Shown in pieces: positions 11,601 through 25,000 of a stretch of DNA of 64,000 nucleotides; positions within the stretch are counted from its first letter, which is position 1; the number at the start of each line of letters is the position of its first letter. A program made the translations under genes and the position numbers. The stretch comes from Eledone cirrhosa (lineage: Eukaryota), in the NCBI GenBank assembly GCA_964016885.1, contig OZ024744.1, positions 55,924,001 to 55,988,000 on the forward strand, read 5' to 3'. The notes beneath the pieces were generated by a model that made no database searches, was not told where the DNA came from, and worked only from the letters and a program-made list of their open reading frames with translations.

Positions 11601-14600
11601 AACTATATTGATCTGGTACTGACAACTAGGTGGACTGTGGTCTGTGACTGAACTATATTGATCTGGTACCTTACATTGACAGCTAGGTAGACTGTGGTCT
11701 GAGACTGAACTATGTTGATCTGGTACTGATAGCTAGGTAGACTGTGGTCTGAGACTGAACTATATTGATCTGGTACTGACAGCTAGGTAGACTGTGGTCT
11801 GAGACTGAATTATATTGATCTGGTACTGACAGCTAGGTGGACTGTGGTCTGAGACTGAACTATATTGATGTGGTACTGACAGCTAGGTGGACTGTGGTCT
11901 GTGACTGAACTATATTGATCTGGTACTGACAGCTAGGTAGACTGTGGTCTGAGACTGAACTATATTGATCTGGTAGTGACAGCTAGGTGGACTGTAGTCT
12001 GAGACTGAACTATATTGATCTGGTCCCTTACATTGACAGCTAGTTGGACTGTGGTCTGAGACTGAACTATATTGATCTGGTACCTTACATTGACAGCTAG
12101 GTAGACTGTGGTCTTAGACTGAACTATATTGATCTGGTACCGACAGCTAGCTGGACTGTGGACTGAGACTGAACTATATTGATCTGGTACTGACAGCTAG
12201 GTAGACTGTGGTCTGAGACTGAACTATATTGATCTGGTACTGACAGCTAGGTAGGCTGTGGTCTGAGACTGAACTATATTGATCTGGTACTGACAGCTAG
12301 GTAGACTGTGGTCTGAGACTGAACTATATTGATCTGGTACTGACAGCTAGGTGGACTGTGGTCTGACACTGAACTATATTGATCTGGTACTGACAGCTAG
12401 GTAGACTGTGGTCTGAGACTGAACTATATTGATCTGGTACCTTACATTGACAGCTAGGTAGACTGTGGTGTGAGACTGAACTATATTGATCTAGTACCTT
12501 ACATTGACAGCTAGGTAGACTGTGGTCTGAGACTGAACTATATTGATCTGGTACCTTACATTGAAAGCTAGGTAGAGTGAGGTCTGAGACTGAACTATAT
12601 TGATCTGGTACCTTACATTGAAAGCTAGGTAGACTGTGGTCTGTGACTGAACTATATTGATCTGGTACCTTACATTGACAGCTAGGTAGACTGTGGTCTG
12701 TGACTGAATTATATTGATCTGGTACCTTACATTGACAGCTAGGTGGACTGTGGTCTGAGACTGAACTATATTGATCTGGTACTGACAGCTAGGTAGACTG
12801 TGGTCTGAGACTGAACTATATTGATCTGGTACATTACATTGACAGCTAGGTAGACTGTGATCTGTGACAGAACCACATTGATCTTGTACCTTACGTTGAC
12901 AGCTAGGTAGACTGTGGTCTGTGACTGAACTATATTGATCTGGTACAGATAGCTACGTGGACTGTGGTGTGAGACTGAATTATATTGATCTGGTACCTTA
13001 CATTGACAGCTAGGTAGACTGTGGTCTGTGACTGAATTATATTGATCTGGTACCATTACATTGACAGCTAGGTGGACTGTGGTCTGAGACTGAACTATAT
13101 TGATCTGGTACTGACAGCTAGGTAGACTGTGGTGTGAGACTGAACTATATTGATCTGGTACCTTACATTGACAGCTAGGTAGACTGTGGTCTGAGACTGA
13201 ACTATATTGATCTGGTAACTTACATTGATAGCTAGGTAGACTGTGGTCTGAGACTGAACTATATTGATCTGGTACTAACAGCTAGGTGGACTGTGGTCTG
13301 AGACTGAACTATATTGATCTGGTACTGACAACTAGGTGGACTGTGGTCTGTGACTGAACTATATTGATCTGGTACCTTACATTGACAGCTAGGTGGGCTG
13401 TGGTCTGAGACTGAACTATATTGATCTGGTACTGACAGCTAGGTGGACTGTGGTCTGAGACTGAACTATATTGATCTGGTACTGACAGCTAGGTGGACTG
13501 TGGTCTGTGACTGAACTATATTGATCTGGTACTGACAGCTAGGTAGACTGTGGTCTGAGACTGAACTATATTGATCTGGTAGTGACAGCTAGGTGGACTG
13601 TTGTCTGAGACTGAACTATATTGATCTGGTACCTTACATTGACAGCTAGTTGGACTGTGGTCTGAGACTGAACTATATTGATCTGGTACCTTACATTGAC
13701 AGCTAGGTAGACTGTGGTGTGAGACTGAACTATATTGATCTGGTACCTTACATTGACAGCTAGGTAGACTGTGGTCTGAGACTGAACTATATTGATCTGG
13801 TACTGACAGCTAGCTGTACTGTGGTCTGAGACTGAACTATATTGATCTGGTACTGACAGCTAGGTGGACTGTGGTCTGACACTGAACTATATTGATCTGG
13901 TACTGACAGCTAGGTAGACTGTGGTCTGAGACTGAACTATATTGATCTGGTACCTTACATTGACAGCTAGGTAGACTGTGGTCTGAGACTGAACTATATT
14001 GATCTGGTACTGACAGCTAGGCAGGCTGTGGTCTGAGACTGAACTATATTGATCTGGTACTGACAGCTAGGTAGACTGTGGTCTGAGACTGAACTATATT
14101 GATCTGGTACTGACAGCTAGGTGGACTGTGGTCTGACACTGAACAATATTGATCTGGTACTGACAGCTAGGTAGACTGTGGTCTGAGACTGAACTATATT
14201 GATCTGGTACCTTACATTGACAGCTAGGTAGACTGTGGTGTGAGACTGAACTATATTGATCTGGTACCTTACATTGACAGCTAGGTAGACTGTGGTCTGA
14301 GACTGAACTATATTGATCTGGTACCTTACATTGAAAGCTAGGTAGAGTGTGGTCTGAGACTGAACTATATTGATCTGGTACCTTACATTGAAAGCTAGGT
14401 AGACTGTGGTCTGTGACTGAACTATATTAATCTGGTACTGACAGCTAGGTAGACTGTGGTCTGTGACTGAATTATATTGATCTGTTACTGACAGCTAGAT
14501 GGACTGTGGGCTGTGACTGAATTATATTGATCTGGTACCTTACATTGACAGCTAGGTGGACTGTGGTCTGAGACTGAACTATATTGATCTGGTACTGACA

Positions 14601-17300
14601 GCTAGGTAGACTGTGGTGTGAGACTGAACTATATTGATCTGGTACCTTACATTGACAGCTAGGTAGACTGTGGTCTGAGACTGAACTATATTGATCTGGT
14701 ACTGACAGCTAGGTGGACTGTGGTCTGAGACTGAACTATATTGATCTGGTACTGACAGCTAAGTGGACTGTGGTCTGACACTGAACTATATTGATCTGGT
14801 ACTGACAGCTAGGTGGATTGTGGTCTGTGACTGAACTTTATTGATCTGGTACCTTACATTGACAGCTAGGTAGACTGTGGTCTGAGACTGAACTATATTG
14901 ATCTGGTACTGACAGCTAGGTGGACTGTGGTCTGAGACTGAACTATATAGATCTGGTACTGACAGCTAAGTGGACTGTGGTCTGACACTGAACTATATTG
15001 ATCTGGTACTGACATATAGGTGGACTGTGGTCTGAGACTGAACTATATTGATCTGGTACTGACAGCTAGGTAGACTGTGGTCTGAGACTGAAGAATATTG
15101 ATGTGGTACTGACAGCTAGGTGGACTGTGGTCTGAGAGTGAACTATATTGATCTGGTACCTTACATTGACAGCTAGGTAGACTGTGGTCTGAGACTGAAC
15201 TATATTGATCTGGTACATTACATTGACAGCTAGGTGGACTGTGGTCTGAGACTGAACTATATTGATCTGGTACCTTACATTGACAGCTAGGTGGACTGTG
15301 GTCTGAGACTGAACTATATTGATCTGGTACCTTACATTGATAGCTAGGTAGACTGTGGTCTGAGACTGAACTATATTGATCTGGTACCTTACATTGACAG
15401 CTAGGTAGACTGTGGTCTGAGACTGAACTATATTGATCTGGTACATTACATTGACAGCTAGGTGGACTGTGGTCTGAGACTGAACTATATTGATCTGGTA
15501 CCTTACATTGACAGCTAGGTGGACTGTGGTCTGAGACTGAACTATATTGATCTGGTACCTTACATTGACAGCTAGGTAGACTGTGGTCTGTGACTGAATT
15601 ATATTGATCTGGTACCTTACATTGACAGCTAGGTGGACTGTGGTCTGAGACTGAACTATATTGATCTGGTACTGACAGCTAGGTAGACTGTGGTGTGAGA
15701 CTGAACTATATTGATCTGGTACTGACAGCTAGGTGGACTGTGGTCTGAGACTGAACTATATTGATCTGGTACCTTACATTGACAGCTAGGTAGACTGTGG
15801 TCTGAGACTGAACTATATTGATCTGGTACCTTACATTGATAGCTAGGTAGACTGTGGTCTGAGACTGAACTACATTGATCTGGTACCTTACATTGACAGC
15901 TAGGTAGACTGTGGTCTGAGACTGAACTATATTGATCTGGTACCTTACATTGATAGCTAGGTAGACTGTGGTCTGAGACGGAACTATATTGATCTGGTAC
16001 TAACAGCTAGGTGGACTGTGGTCTGAGACTGAACTATATTGATCTGGTACTGACAACTAGGTGGACTGTGGTCTGTGACTGAACTATATTGATCTGGTAC
16101 CTTACATTGACAGCTAGGTAGACTGTGGTCTGAGACTGAACTATGTTGATCTGGTACTGATAGCTAGGTGGACTGTGGTCTGAGACTGAACTATATTGAT
16201 CTGGTACTGACAGCTAGGTAGACTGTGGTCTGAGACTGAATTATATTGATCTGGTACTGACAGCTAGGTGGACTGTGGTCTGAGACTGAACTATATTGAT
16301 GTGGTACTGACAGCTAGGTGGACTGTGGTCTGTGACTGAACTATATTGATCTGGTACTGACAGCTAGGTAGACTGTGGTCTGAGACTGAACTATATTGAT
16401 CTGGTAGTGACAGCTAGGTGGACTGTAGTCTGAGACTGAACTATATTGATCTGGTCCCTTACATTGACAGCTAGTTGGACTGTGGTCTGAGACTGAACTA
16501 TATTGATCTGGTACCTTACATTGACAGCTAGGTAGACTGTGGTCTGAGACTGAACTATATTGATGTGGTACTGACAGCTAGGTGGACTGTGGTCTGTGAC
16601 TGAACTATATTGATCTGGTACTGACAGCTAGGTAGACTGTAGTCTGAGACTGAACTATATTGATCTGGTACTGACAGCTAGGTAGGCTGTGGTCTGAGAC
16701 TGAACTATATTGATCTGGTACTGACAGCTAGGTAGACTGTGGTCTGAGACTGAACTATATTGATCTGGTACTGACAGCTAGGTGGACTGTGGTCTGACAC
16801 TGAACTATATTGATCTGGTACTGACAGCTAGGTAGACTGTGGTCTGAGACTGAACTATATTGATCTGGTACCTTACATTGACAGCTAGGTAGACTGTGGT
16901 GTGAGACTGAACTATATTGATCTAGTACCTTACATTGACAGCTAGGTAGACTGTGGTCTGAGACTGAACTATATTGATCTGGTACCTTACATTGAAAGCT
17001 AGGTAGAGTGAGGTCTGAGACTGAACTATATTGATCTGGTACCTTACATTGAAAGCTAGGTAGACTGTGGTCTGTGACTGAACTATATTAATCTGGTACT
17101 GACAGCTAGGTAGACTGTGGTCTGTGACTGAATTATATTGATCTGTTACTGACAGCTAGATGGACTGTGGGCTGTGACTGAATTATATTGATCTGGTACC
17201 TTACATTGACAGCTAGGTGGACTGTGGTCTGAGACTGAACTATATTGATCTGGTACTGACAGCTAGGTAGACTGTGGTGTGAGACTGAACTATATTGATC
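2636..17300. repeat. Satellite domain I: 57-mer-rich, with nested block duplications
   Basis: Markers include GACAACTAG, GGTAGTGAC, CTGACACTG, ATTGAAAGC and GTACCATTAC. Identical ORF-track peptides recur at 4147/9748/12766 and at 7617/15066. A 1170-bp tandem duplication is marked at 4961 and 6131. Confidence 0.85.
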
Positions 17301-19049
17301 TGGTACCTTACATTGACAGCTAGGTAGGCTGTGGTCTGTGACTGAACTATATTGATCTGGTACCTCACATAAACAGCTAGGTAGACTGTGGTCTGTGACT
17401 GAACTATATTGATCTGGTACCTTACATTGACAGCTAGGTGGACTGTGATCTGAGACTGAAATATATTGATCTGGTACTGATAGCCAGATGGACTGTGGTC
17501 TGACACTGAACTATATTGATGTGGTACTGACAGCTAGGTGGACTGTGGTCTGAGACTGAACAATATTGATCTGGTACCTTACATTGACAGCTAGGTAGAC
17601 TGTGGTGTGAGACTGAACTATATTGATCTGGTACTGATAGATAGGTGGACTGTGGTCTCAGACTGAACTATATTGATCTGGTACTGATAGCTTGGTGGAC
17701 TGTGGTCTGTGACTGAACTATATTGATCTGGTACTGATAGCTAGGTGGACTGTGGTCTGAGACTGAACTATATTGATCTGGTACTGACAGCTTGGTGGAC
17801 TGTGGTCTGTGACTGAACTATATTGATCTGGTACTGACAGCTAGGTGGACTGTGGTCTGAGACTGAACTATATTGATCTGGTACTGATAGCTAGGTGGAC
17901 TGTGGTCTGAGACTGAACTATATTGATCTGGTACCTTACATTGACAGCTAGGTAGACTGTGGTCTGAGACTGAACTATATTAATCTGGTACTGATAGATA
18001 GGTGGACTGTGGTCTCAGACTGAACTATATTGATCTGGTACCTTACATTGACAGCTAGGTAGACTGTGGTCTGAGACTGAACTATATTGATCTAGTACTG
18101 ACAGCTAGGTGGACTGTGGTCTGAGACTGAACTATATTGATCCGGTACTGACAGCTAGGTAGACTGTGGTCTGAGACTGAACTATATTGATCTGGTACCT
18201 TACATTGACAGCTAGGTAGACTGTGGTCTGTGACTGAACTATATTGATCTGGTACTGACAGCTAGGTAGACTGTGGTGTGAGACTGAACTATATTGATCT
18301 GGTACCTTACATTGACAGCTAGGTAGACTGTGGTCTGTGACTGAACTATATTGATCTGGTACAGACAGCTAGCTCAACTGTGGTCTGTGACTGAACTATA
18401 TTGATCTGGTACTGACAGCTGGGTGGACTGTGGTCTGAGACTGAACTATATTGATCTATTACTGACAGCTAGCTGGACTGTGGTCTGTGACTGAACTATA
18501 TTGATCTGGTACTGACAGCTAGGTGGACTGTGGTCTGTAACTGAACTATATTGATCTGGTACTGAAAACTAGGTGGACTGTGGTCTGAGACTGAACTATA
18601 TTGATCTGGTACCTTACATTGACAGCTAGGTAGACTGTGGTCTGAGATTGAACTATATTGATCTGGTATTGACAGCTAGGTAGACTGTGGTCTGAGACTG
18701 AACTATATTGATCTGTTACGGACAGCTAGGTGGACTGTGGTCTGAGACTGAACTATATTGATCTGCTACTAACAGCTAGGTGGACTGTGGTCTGTGACTG
18801 AACTATATTGATCTGGTACTGACAGCTAGGTGGACTGTGGTCTGAGACTGAACTATATTGATCTGGTACCTTACATTGACAGCTAGGTAGACTGTGGTCT
18901 GAGACTGAACTATATTGATCTGGTATTGACAGCTAGGTAGACTGTGGTCTGAGACTGAACTATATTGATCTGGTACTGACAGCTAGGTAGACTGTGGTCT
19001 GTGACTGAACTATATTGATCTGGTACCTTACATTGACAGCTAGGTAGAC

Positions 19050-22000
19050 TGTGATCTGTGAATGAACCACATTGATCTTGTACCTTACATTGACAGCTAG
19101 GTAGACTGTGGTCTGTGACTGAACTGTATTAATCAGGTACTGACAGCTAGGTGGACTGTGGTGTGAGACTGAACTATATTGATCTGGTACCTTACATTGA
19201 CAGCTAGGTAGACTGTGGTCTGTGACTGAATTATATTGATCTGGTACCTTACATTGACAGCTAGGTAGACTGTGGTCTGTGACTGAATTATATTGATCTG
19301 GTACTGACAGAGAGGTAGACTGTGGTGTGAGACTGAACTATATTGATCTGGTACCTTACATTGAAAGCTAGGTGGACTGTGGTCTGAGACTGAACTATAT
19401 TGATCTGGTACTGACAGAGAGGTAGACTGTGGTGTGAGACTGAACTATATTGATCTGGTACTGATAGCTTGGTGGAATGTGGTCTGTGACTGAACTATAT
19501 TGATCTGGTACTGACAGCTTGGTGGACTGTGGTCTGAGACTGAACTATATTGATCTGGTACTGACAGCTAGGTGGACTGTGGTCTGTGACTGAACTATAT
19601 TGATCTGGTACTGACAGAGAGGTAGACTGTGGTGTGAGACTGAACTATATTGATCTGGTACCTTACATTGACAGCTAGGTGGACTGTGGTCTGAGACTGA
19701 ACTATATTGATCTGGTACTGACAGAGAGGTAGACTGTGGTGTGAGACTGAACTATATTGATCTGGTACCTTACATTGACAGCTAGGTAGACTGTGGTCTT
19801 AGACTGAACTATATTGATCTGGTACTGATAGCTAGGTGGACCGTGGTCTCAGACTGAACTATATTGATCTGGTACTGACAGCTTGGTGAACTGTGGTCTG
19901 TGACTGAACTATATTGATCTGGTACCTTACATTGACAGCTAGGTAGACTGTGGTCTGAGACTGAACTATATTGATCTGGTACTGATAGATAGGTGGACTG
20001 TGGCCTCAGACTGAACTATATTGATCTGGCACTGACAGCTAGGTGGACCGTAGTCTGAGACTGAACTATATTGATCTGGTACTGGCAGCTAGGTGGACTG
20101 TGGTCTGGGACTGAACTATATTGATCCGGTACTGACAGCTAGGTAGACTGTGGTTTGTGACTGAACTATATTGATCTGGTACTGACAGCTAGGTGGACTG
20201 TGGTCTGAGACTGAACTATATTGAACTGGTAATGACTGCTAGGTAGACTGTGGTCTGTGACTGAACTATATTGATCTGTTACTGAGAGCTAGGTAGACTG
20301 TGGTCTGTGACTGAACTATATTGATCTGGTACTGACAGCTAGGTAGACTGTGGTCTGTGACTGAACTGTATTAATCAGGTACTGACAGCTAGGTGGACTG
20401 TGGTGTGTGACTGAACTATATTGATCTGGTACCTTACATTGACAGCTAGGTAGACTGTGGTCTGTGACTGAATTATATTGATCTGGTACTGACAGAGAGG
20501 TAGACTGTGGTGTGAGACTGAACTATATTGATCTGGTACCTTACATTGACAGCTAGGTGGACTGTGGTCTGAGACTGAACTATATTGATCTGGCACTGAC
20601 AGAGAGGTAGACTGTGGTGTGAGACTGAACTATATTGATCTGGTACCTTACATTGACAGCTAGGTAGACTGTGGTCTGAGACTGAACTATATTGATCTGG
20701 TACTGATAGCTTGGTGGACTGTGGTCTGTGACTGAACTATATTGATCTGGTACTGACAGCTTGGTGGACTGTGGTCTGAGACTGAACTATATTGATCTGG
20801 TACTGACAGCTAGGTGGACTGTGGTCTGTGACTGAACTATATTGATCTGGTACTGACAGCTAGGTGGACTGTGGTCTGTGACTGAACTATATTGATCTGG
20901 TACTGACAGCTAGGTGGACTGTGGTCTGTGACTGAACTATATTGATCTGGTACTGATAGCTAGGTGGACCGTGGTCTCAGACTGAACTATATTGATCTGG
21001 TACTGACAGCTTGGTGAACTGTGGTCTGTGACTGAACTATATTGATCTGGTACCTTACATTGACAGCTAGGTAGACTGTGGTCTGAGACTGAACTATATT
21101 GATCTGGTACTGATAGATAGGTGGACCGTGGCCTCAGACTGAACTATATTGATCTGGCACCGAGAGCTAGGTGGACCGTAGTCTGAGACTGAACTATATT
21201 GATCTGGTACTGACAGCTAGGTGGACTGTGGTCTGGGACTGAACTATATTGATCTAGTACTGACAGCTAGGTGGACTGTGGTCAGAGACTGAACTATATT
21301 GATCCGGTACTGACAGCTAGGTGGACTGTGGTCTGAGACTGAACTATATTGATCTGGTATTGACAGCTAGGAGGACTGTGGTCTGTGACTGAACTATATT
21401 GATCTGGTACCTTACATTGACAGCTAGGTAGACTGTGATCTGTGAATGAACCACATTGATCTTGTACCTTACATTGACAGCTAGGTAGACTGTGGTCTGT
21501 GACTGAACTGTATTAATCAGGTACTGACAGCTAGGTGGACTGTGGTGTGAGACTGAACTATATTGATCTGGTACCTTACATTGACAGCTAGGTAGACTGT
21601 GGTCTGTGACTGAATTATATTGATCTGGTACCTTACCTTGACAGCTAGGTATACTGTGGTCTGTGACTGAATTATATTGATCTGGTACTGACAGAGAGGT
21701 AGACTGTGGTGTGAGACTGAACTATATTGATCTGGTACCTTACATTGACAGCTAGGTGGACTGTGGTCTGAGACTGAACTATATTGATCTGGTACTGACA
21801 GAGAGGTAGACTGTGGTGTGAGACTGAACTATATTGATCTGGTACTGACAGCTAGATGGACTGTGGTCTGTGACTGAACTATATTGATCTGGTACTGATA
21901 GCTAGGTGGACTGTGGTCTCAGACTGAACTATATTGATCTGGTACTGACAGCTTGGTGGACTGTGGTCTGTGACTGAACTATATTGATCTGGTACCTTAC

Positions 22001-25000
22001 ATTGACAGCTAGGTAGACTGTAGTCTGAGACTGAACTATATTGATCTGGTACTGATAGATAGGTGGACTGTGGTCTCAGACTGAACTATATTGATCTGGT
22101 ACTGACAGCTAGGTGGACTGTAGTCTGAGACTGAACTATATTGATCTGGTACTGACAGCTAGGTGGACTGTGGTCTGGGACTGAACTATATTGATCTAGT
22201 ACTGACAGCTAGGTGGACTGTGGTCAGAGACTGAACTATATTGATCCGGTACTGACAGCTAGGTGGACTGTGGTCTGAGACTGAACTATATTGATCTGGT
22301 ACTGACAGCTAGGTGGACTGTGGTTTGAGACTGAACTATATTGATCTAGTACTGACAGCTAGGTAGACTGTGGTCTGTGACTGAACTATATTGATCTGGT
22401 ACTGACAGCTAGGTGGACTGTGGTCTGAGACTGAACTATATTGATCTGGTACTGACAGCTAGGTGGTCTGTGGTCTGAGACTGAACTATATTGATCTAGT
22501 ACTGACAGCTAGGTTGACTGTGGTCTGAGACTGAACTATATTGATCCGGTACTGACAGCTAGGTAGACTGTGTTCTGTGACTGAACTATATTGATCTGGT
22601 ACTGACAGCTAGGTGGACTGTGGTCTGAGACTGAACTATATTGATCTGGTAATGACTGCTAGGTAGACTGTGGTCTGTGACTGAACTATATTGATCTGGT
22701 ACCTTACATTGACAGCTAGGTAGACTGTGGTCTGTGACTGAATTATATTGATCTGGTACCTTACATTGACAGCTAGGTAGACTGTGGTCTGTGACTGAAC
22801 TATATTGATCTGGTACTGACAGAGAGGTAGACTGTGGTGTGAGACTGAACTATATTGATCTGGTACCTTACATTGACAGCTAGGTTGACTGTGGTCTGAG
22901 ACTGAACTATATTGATCTGGTACTGACAGAGAGGTAGACTGTGGTGTGAGACTGAACTATATTGATCTGGTACCTTACATTGACAGCTAGGTAGACTGTG
23001 GTCTGAGACTGAACTATATTGATCTGGTACTGATAGCTTGGTGGACTGTGGTCTGTGACTGAACTATATTGATCTGGTACTGACAGCTTGGTGGACTGTG
23101 GTCTGAGACTGAACTATATTGATCTGGTTCTGACAGCTAGGTGGACTGTGGTCTGTGACTGAACTATATTGATCTGGTACTGACAGCTAGGTGGACTGTG
23201 GTCTGTGACTGAACTATATTGATCTGGTACTGACAGAGAGGTAGACTGTGGTGTGAGACTGAACTATATTGATCTGGTACCTTACATTGACAGCTAGGTG
23301 GACTGTGGTCTGAGACTGAACTATATTGATCTGGTACTGACAGAGAGGTAGACTGTGGTGTGAGACTGAACTATATTGATCTGGTACCTTACATTGACAG
23401 CTAGGTAGACTGTGGTCTTAGACTGAACTATATTGATCTGGTACTGATAGCTAGGTGGACCGTGGTCTCAGACTGAACTATATTGATCTGGTACTGACAG
23501 CTTGGTGAACTGTGGTCTGTGACTGAACTATATTGATCTGGTACCTTACATTGACAGCTAGGTAGACTGTGGTCTGAGACTGAACTATATTGATCTGGTA
23601 CTGATAGATAGGTGGACTGTGGCCTCAGACTGAACTATATTGATCTGGCACTGACAGCTAGGTGGACCGTAGTCTGAGACTGAACTATATTGATCTGGTA
23701 CTGACAGCTAGGTGGACTGTGGTCTGGGACTGAACTATATTGATCCGGTACTGACAGCTAGGTAGACTGTGGTTTGTGACTGAACTATATTGATCTGGTA
23801 CTGACAGCTAGGTGGACTGTGGTCTGAGACTGAACTATATTGAACTGGTAATGACTGCTAGGTAGACTGTGGTCTGTGACTGAACTATATTGATCTGTTA
23901 CTGAGAGCTAGGTAGACTGTGGTCTGTGACTGAACTATATTGATCTGGTACTGACAGCTAGGTAGACTGTGGTCTGTGACTGAACTGTATTAATCAGGTA
24001 CTGACAGCTAGGTGGACTGTGGTGTGTGACTGAACTATATTGATCTGGTACCTTACATTGACAGCTAGGTAGACTGTGGTCTGTGACTGAATTATATTGA
24101 TCTGGTACTGACAGAGAGGTAGACTGTGGTGTGAGACTGAACTATATTGATCTGGTATCTTACATTGACAGCTAGGTGGACTGTGGTCTGAGACTGAACT
24201 ATATTGATCTGGCACTGACAGAGAGGTAGACTGTGGTGTGAGACTGAACTATATTGATCTGGTACCTTACATTGACAGCTAGGTAGACTGTGGTCTGAGA
24301 CTGAACTATATTGATCTGGTACTGATAGCTTGGTGGACTGTGGTCTGTGACTGAACTATATTGATCTGGTACTGACAGCTTGGTGGACTGTGGTCTGAGA
24401 CTGAACTATATTGATCTGGTACTGACAGCTAGGTGGACTGTGGTCTGTGACTGAACTATATTGATCTGGTACTGACAGCTAGGTGGACTGTGGTCTGTGA
24501 CTGAACTATATTGATCTGGTACTGACAGCTAGGTGGACTGTGGTCTGTGACTGAACTATATTGATCTGGTACTGATAGCTAGGTGGACCGTGGTCTCAGA
24601 CTGAACTATATTGATCTGGTACTGACAGCTTGGTGAACTGTGGTCTGTGACTGAACTATATTGATCTGGTACCTTACATTGACAGCTAGGTAGACTGTGG
24701 TCTGAGACTGAACTATATTGATCTGGTACTGATAGATAGGTGGACCGTGGCCTCAGACTGAACTATATTGATCTGGCACCGAGAGCTAGGTGGACCGTAG
24801 TCTCAGACTGAACTATATTGATCTGGTACTGACAGCTAGGTGGACTGTGGTCTGGGACTGAACTATATTGATCTAGTACTGACAGCTAGGTGGACTGTGG
24901 TCAGAGACTGAACTATATTGATCCGGTACTGACAGCTAGGTGGACTGTGGTCTGAGACTGAACTATATTGATCTGGTATTGACAGCTAGGAGGACTGTGG

